From a virus: 31,363 nt of DNA. The stretch spans positions 1 through 31,363 of IMG/VR virus record IMGVR_UViG_3300045988_116134; one strand, 5' to 3'. Below are positions 29,844 through 31,363 of the stretch, piece after piece. Below the pieces are notes generated by a model. It saw only the letters and a program-made list of their open reading frames with translations, did not search any database and was not told where the DNA came from. Position numbers and translations under genes: made by a program. How positions within the stretch are numbered: position 1 is the stretch's first letter; each line of letters starts with the position of its first letter.

Positions 29844-31363
29844 ATGAATGAAAAAATTAACGCGGTGATTTATGCTAGATTTTCTAGCCACAACCAACAA
29901 GAGCAGTCTGTTGACGGTCAAGTCCGTTACTGCACTCAGTATGCAGAAGCTCACAATATGCGAATAATCGGCACATATGTTGATAGAGCCATGTCCGGAA
30001 CTAATGATAACAGACCCGACTTTCAGCAAATGATTAAGGACAGTGAAAACAAGCAGTTTCAGGTGGTCCTCGTTTGGAAGTTTGACCGTTTCGCTCGCAA
30101 TAGATATGATAGTGCTTTTTATCGTAGAGCATTAAAAAATAACGGTGTTACTGTCACATCAGTGACGGAAAGCGTGGGTGAAGGCTCAGAGGCTATTATA
30201 CTTGAGGCTATCCTTGACGCCATGGCAGACGCTTACTCTAAGCAGTTAGCAGAAAATGTTAAGCGTGGAATGAGAGAATCAGCGTTAAAATGTCAGACCA
30301 TCGGCGGGTGTACTCCACTTGGCTATGATGTAGTTAATAAAATGTATGTAGTCAACAAAGAAGAAGCCGAAATCGTTAAGTACATTTACAGGGAGTACGC
30401 AGACGGCAAAGGCAAGAAAGAAATCATAACTGAGCTAAATAACAGAGGCTACAAGACTAAGAGAGGCAAGAAATTTACAATCACAAGCTTGTCGCAACTG
30501 TTAAAAAATAAAAGGTATATCGGTATCTATGTATATAAGGATATGGAAATCAAAGACGGTATTCCGACGATTATTGACGAAGAATTATTTTATAAAGTTC
30601 AAAAAGTGGCGCTAAGAAATAAGCGTGATGCCTCACGCAAGAAAGCAAAGGTTGAGTATCTGCTGAGCGGTAAACTGTTCTGCGGCCACTGTGGTGAAGC
30701 TATGTTGGGTGAATCTGCTGTAAATCATAGTGGATATAAGTACTACTACTATGTATGTGGCAGCAGAAAGAAAAAATTGAGAATTTGTGACAAAAAGAGA
30801 GAAAAGAAAGAAGGCATTGAAGAATACTGTGTTCGTCAGGCTCTCAGCTTTTTCTCTGACAGAAAGAATTTGCAGTTGATTGCAAGAAAGGTTGTAGATT
30901 TATACAACTCAGAAATTGACAACGGACAAGTTGAAGTTCTAGAGCAGAATAAGATTAAGCTAGAAAAACAACTTGATGAACTTACTAACGCTCTTGTTAA
31001 AACATCAAATGTTAGAGTTTTATCAAAACTAAATGAACAAATTAATACTATTGACGAGCAACTATCTACTATAGATATAGAAATAGCAAGAGAAAAATCT
31101 CTTGCTACGGCTAAAATGTCTGTAGATGATGTTGTTGGATTTGTAGAAAGTCTGATCCGAGGAGGTGACATTAAGGATAATAAATTTAAAAAACAAATTA
31201 TTAATGTATTAATTAATAGGATATATCTTTACGATGACAAGATTGTTATTTATTTTAATGGCTCTAACAGTGCGAATACTGTAGATTATGCGACTGTTTG
31301 TGAAGATTTAAAAAAATTTGAAGCAGAAGAAAAAGTTCGCATACGGAACGCTATGCCCTGCCA
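29844..31363 (+). CDS. Large serine recombinase (integrase), N-terminal 506 codons; continues at base 1
   Basis: Starts MNEKINAVIYARFSSHNQQEQSVDGQ (catalytic Ser region). Other features are VVLVWKFDRFARN, a recombinase domain, a CGHCG...C zinc-ribbon region and a coiled coil. The ORF has no stop before the window end, so it is missing from the ORF track. Confidence 0.92.
   Translation, partial: MNEKINAVIYARFSSHNQQEQSVDGQVRYCTQYAEAHNMRIIGTYVDRAMSGTNDNRPDFQQMIKDSENKQFQVVLVWKFDRFARNRYDSAFYRRALKNNGVTVTSVTESVGEGSEAIILEAILDAMADAYSKQLAENVKRGMRESALKCQTIGGCTPLGYDVVNKMYVVNKEEAEIVKYIYREYADGKGKKEIITELNNRGYKTKRGKKFTITSLSQLLKNKRYIGIYVYKDMEIKDGIPTIIDEELFYKVQKVALRNKRDASRKKAKVEYLLSGKLFCGHCGEAMLGESAVNHSGYKYYYYVCGSRKKKLRICDKKREKKEGIEEYCVRQALSFFSDRKNLQLIARKVVDLYNSEIDNGQVEVLEQNKIKLEKQLDELTNALVKTSNVRVLSKLNEQINTIDEQLSTIDIEIAREKSLATAKMSVDDVVGFVESLIRGGDIKDNKFKKQIINVLINRIYLYDDKIVIYFNGSNSANTVDYATVCEDLKKFEAEEKVRIRNAMPC
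31223..31363. repeat. Terminal overlap, second copy
   Basis: Identical to 1..141. Confidence 0.95.

Noticed and set aside
29838-31171. Minus-strand ORFs 29838..30029 and 30836..31171.
   Set aside because: Both are antisense to the clearly recognisable serine recombinase ORF. The ORF track omits that ORF only because it has no stop within the window.
1-31363. Search for tRNA, rRNA, CRISPR arrays, transposases, reverse transcriptases and toxin domains.
   Set aside because: I saw no cloverleaf-like GC-rich segments, no regularly spaced direct repeats with spacers, and no DDE, RT or recognisable toxin motifs in any frame.

Overview
The window is a complete, circularly closed genome of a temperate siphovirus-type phage or excised prophage. 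Bases 1-141 are identical to 31223-31363, so the unique length is about 31,222 bp. The host is a low-GC Firmicute, probably a spore-forming Clostridia member; this is inferred from a Spo0A-C-like gene, a TcdE-like holin and the AT-rich sequence. A roughly 26-kb minus-strand gene train starts at a divergent pair of consensus promoters (27.85-27.98 kb). It runs through these blocks in order: (1) early genes: small and membrane proteins, a receiver-less Spo0A_C protein, and a PcfK-like/PcfJ-like pair; (2) replication genes: an HUH rolling-circle Rep and a disrupted VRR-NUC; (3) a late-activator-like gene; (4) packaging genes: HNH, P27-type TerS and TerL; (5) an N6-adenine methyltransferase with a fused HsdS-like specificity domain, wedged between TerL and portal; (6) HK97-type portal, ClpP-like protease and capsid; (7) tail genes, including a canonical G/GT -1 frameshift, tape measure, Dit, Tal and a BppU_N + SGNH-esterase receptor-binding protein; (8) holin and amidase endolysin. 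The plus strand carries the lysogeny and accessory genes: an XRE repressor without a peptidase domain, a membrane-anchored DEDDh exonuclease, a large serine integrase that wraps the contig junction, and two moron cassettes. The cassettes are driven by a duplicated ~165-bp terminator-promoter-leader module. Cassette 1 encodes a 78-aa protein, an ImmA/IrrE-like HExxH peptidase and a 63-aa XRE HTH. Cassette 2 encodes a 63-aa acidic protein. The best candidates for an undescribed system are (a) these duplicated-promoter cassettes, which could be acr/aca-like anti-defence or a protease-HTH defence/TA module, and (b) the membrane-tethered exonuclease at the superinfection-exclusion position together with an adjacent self-contained 41-codon gene. 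I saw no tRNA, rRNA, CRISPR array or transposase. All family assignments are motif recognition by eye, not database searches.
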